From Leucoraja erinacea (Eukaryota), in the NCBI RefSeq assembly GCF_028641065.1, contig NC_073393.1:16058001-16122000 (forward strand): a stretch of 64,000 bases of DNA, written 5' to 3'. Below the pieces are notes generated by a model. The model searched no databases, was not told the origin of the DNA, and saw only the letters and a program-made list of their open reading frames with translations. A program made the translations under genes and the position numbers. Below, in pieces: positions 61,026 to 64,000 of this stretch (the stretch's first letter is position 1; each line of letters begins with the position of its first letter).

Positions 61026-64000
61026 TCAGTTAGTTAGTCAGTAGATGATTTGTTAGTCAGTAGACGATGGAAAAAACTTAGTTTCGATGCATCTTTTTTT
61101 TAGAAACGTTGCAGAAGCTCGCATGGACACATTCGTGTTTGCTAATTACAAGCAGAAGTCCAAAAGATATCTGATTCGGAAGGGCATACGCTTCGTCCTG
61201 ATGAAACAAATAAGAGGCATCTAAAAAAGAGCAGAGCAAGGACGGCGTATACGCATATACATAATTTAATTTAAATATGCAGATTTATAATTCGCAGATG
61301 AAGTAGTGAGAATCGAACTCAGGTCTCCGAAAGCAAATAGATTATAAAACATACAACAGTTAAACACTGCAATGGGTCTCTCGGCCTAGTATGTCTGCGC
61401 GGAACATGATGCGAAGATAAACTAATCTCCTCTATCTGCATATGATCCACATCCCACCATGCCTACAATATTTCTGAAGAAGGGTCTCGACGCGAAACGT
61501 CACCCATTCCATCTCTCCAGAGATGCTGCCTGTCCCGCTGTTCTCAAGCTTTTTGTGTCTATCTTCGGTTTAAACCAGCATTTGCAGTTCCTTCGTACAT
61601 ATTTATATGCCTATCGAAAAGACTCTTTAAAAATTGCTGTCTTCTTTTCTTCCAGCATCCCTGGTAATGCGTTCTAGGCACTTTCTGCGTGAAAACCTGG
61701 CCCAGCATAACTCTACACCTTAGATGTTAAAGCAATACCTTCCCATCTTTCATATGTTCCGACGAAAACACTATCCGTGCTTCTCGTAATTTCCAATTCT
61801 TCAGCTAGGTGGCCAGTCTCAGAAGAAAACACGTCAAGAGCGTTTTATTGTCATATGTCCCCAGATAGAACAACGACATTCTTTATTCCAGCAGCACAAC
61901 AGAATATGTAAAGATAGTACACTGTGAGCAATACAATAAACGGGAAAATAGTCCAGTGTGTGTATATAAAACATACATTTACACACACACATATATCTAT
62001 ATTATTAAAAGTCTGATCTTGACCACTTCCTGTTGTTCTATATATTGATTTTTAGAAAAAACGCTGCCACTGATGGCTGTGATTTTTGGCCATCTTACTT
62101 AGAGTCCCCTTCCGCTGTGCAGGATAAGAGGATTTTCCCCATGATTAAAAATAAAAGAGTTATTAGTGTTTTTAAAATGTTGAGATTCTCTCTCCTGAAG
62201 GGACTATAAAACCCGGAAGTGTTGAGTGCCTCAGTCAGTCTCTGCAAGATGGGGGCGCGAGAGGGTAATGTCTCTCAATCTGAGCTGTAAATAACACTGA
62301 ACACATGTCTACTAAACTGTGAGTGGTTTTACTGACCTGTCAGTGCCCTTAATGTGGTTTGAAAATATAGTTTGAAATGCTCAATCTGTGCTGCCTTTGG
62401 TTTGGAAATGCTAAAGCTGTGTTGCCTTATTAAAGTTGCCTTGCCTAATTAAAGTTGCATAATTAAAGTTGCCTTGCCTAATTAAAGTTGCATAATTAAA
62501 GTTGCCTTGTCTAATTAAAGCTGCCTTGCCTAATTAAAGTTGCCTTGCCTAATTAAAGTTGCCTTGCCCAATTAAAGTTGCCTTGCCTTCAATATAATAC
62601 ATGTCTAATCTTGACCACTTCCCGTTTACGCTTTGTATTGATTTTAGAAACAACGCTACCATGTACGGCTGTGATCTTTGGACATCTTACTCAGAGTACC
62701 CCTCCACGCATCAGGTGCCAAGGATTTTTCCCATCGATGAAAAATAAAAGAGTTATTATTAGTGTTTTAAAAAATGTTCATATTCTCTCTCCTGTTAATT
62801 ACGCCATGAAGGCCCCGCCCCTTCTGGTGGGAGGGACTATAAAACCCAGAAGTGTGGGCGTGGCTCAGTCTCTGCAAGATGTTGGAGAGGTGACGACTGC
62901 TGTCTTTAGTGGCCTTGCACCCTGCTTGAAATGGTATGAAACTGCACTTGAATTTGATGGCCTTGCACCCTGCTTGAAATGGAATTTCAAGGAATAGCAG
63001 TGAGTCAACTGCCAGCCCACCAGCCGTGAGTGAGTGAGCTGCCAGCACAACAGGCATGTGTGACTGAGCCGCCAGCCCAAGAATCCATTCGGTCCACTGT
63101 GTCCATACTAGCCCTCTGGAAACCAGTCCCTTCAGACCACAACACCATACTAGCGCTCCAGAAAGCCCCCCCCCCCCACTGGCCACCAAAATTGGTATTG
63201 GTTGAGAGGTGGGTTACTTGAAGTTGGAGGTCAATATTCATACCGCTGTAGGGGAAGCTTCCCAAGCGAAATAGTCGGTGCTCTTCCTCCAATTTGCACT
63301 GAGCCCCACTCTGATTGGGATGTTAAAGTGTTTAGTAATGGGAGATCTGGTAGGTTATGCGGAGGTTTATGCTTCGCTACTAAACTGTGGGAAATCGATT
63401 TCCTGTGGTCATTAGGAATAGTCCTTAGCGAAGAGAATTTGCAGATAATTGTCCTGGTCAATCTTGTGGATACTTGATTTTGAAATAAATTATCCAGATT
63501 TGCAGGTATGTGGCCCGCTGCTTGAGTCGGTGGCACACGTTCATGGAAATTCAGGTGTCAGGGGTTATGGGGAGAAGACAGGATAGTGGAGATAGGAGGG
63601 AGAGATAGATCACCCATGGTTGAATGGCAGAGTAGACTTGATGGGACGAATGGCCTAATTCTATTCCTATCACTTATGACCTTATGACAAGTTAAACTCA
63701 TTCACAAGAGTTAATGTTATTAAACTATTCACAAGAGCAGTAAATTATAATTTCAGATAAGGGGAAATCGAGCTATTGAGAAGCGAGAAGGGAAAGGCAA
63801 ACACGAATAAATTGCTACATCATCCCAAGAGCAAGTGCATACATATGGCCTGTGGCACACTCTGGCATTCACATCATTTCACTATGTCATAGGTGCATCA
63901 GTGGAAAGAATCATAAACAGTTTGCAATTTGTGCACAGTCTTGATATTTATTAAGTTGCATCACCAATCAGTGTGGACGATTTAATTCACACCTTTAGTT

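Larger units (their letters stand above)
52743..64000 (+). repeat. Segmental duplication, copy 2 (gene D unit), running off the window
   Basis: Begins tgtaccctttcgtgatgttgcgcccactgg, which corresponds to 39121 onward. Confidence 0.95.

Overview
Eukaryotic, repeat-rich vertebrate DNA. The repeat content (CR1 LINEs, Rex1/Babar-type LINEs, tRNA-derived SINEs, Penelope-like elements, long poly-C/G tracts) suggests a cartilaginous fish, probably a skate or ray (inference). The window holds a tandem cluster of four minus-strand immunoglobulin-superfamily receptor genes, which I call A-D from left to right and reconstructed by hand from splice sites and exon phase. Each has a 55-nt leader exon, a 306-nt non-rearranging, germline-joined VJ-type V exon, a C1-set exon and a transmembrane (TM) exon. 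B and C carry inhibitory tails with four tyrosine motifs that resemble the SIRP-alpha tail. A has an arginine in the TM and no intact ITIM, so it is a candidate activating partner. D is a recent duplicate of C that lost its own tail exons and now abuts a second, B-type TM exon and a degenerate tail exon. Also present: an orphan C1 pseudo-exon, a RUNX/NFAT/CRE-like non-coding block upstream of every gene, a >10 kb segmental duplication (39121-49535 vs 52743-64000), and many Penelope-derived short elements carrying hammerhead-ribozyme core motifs. Most ORFs in the supplied track are retroelement fragments or chance ORFs. Comparisons with human NKp30 and SIRP-alpha are from recall and were not run as searches.
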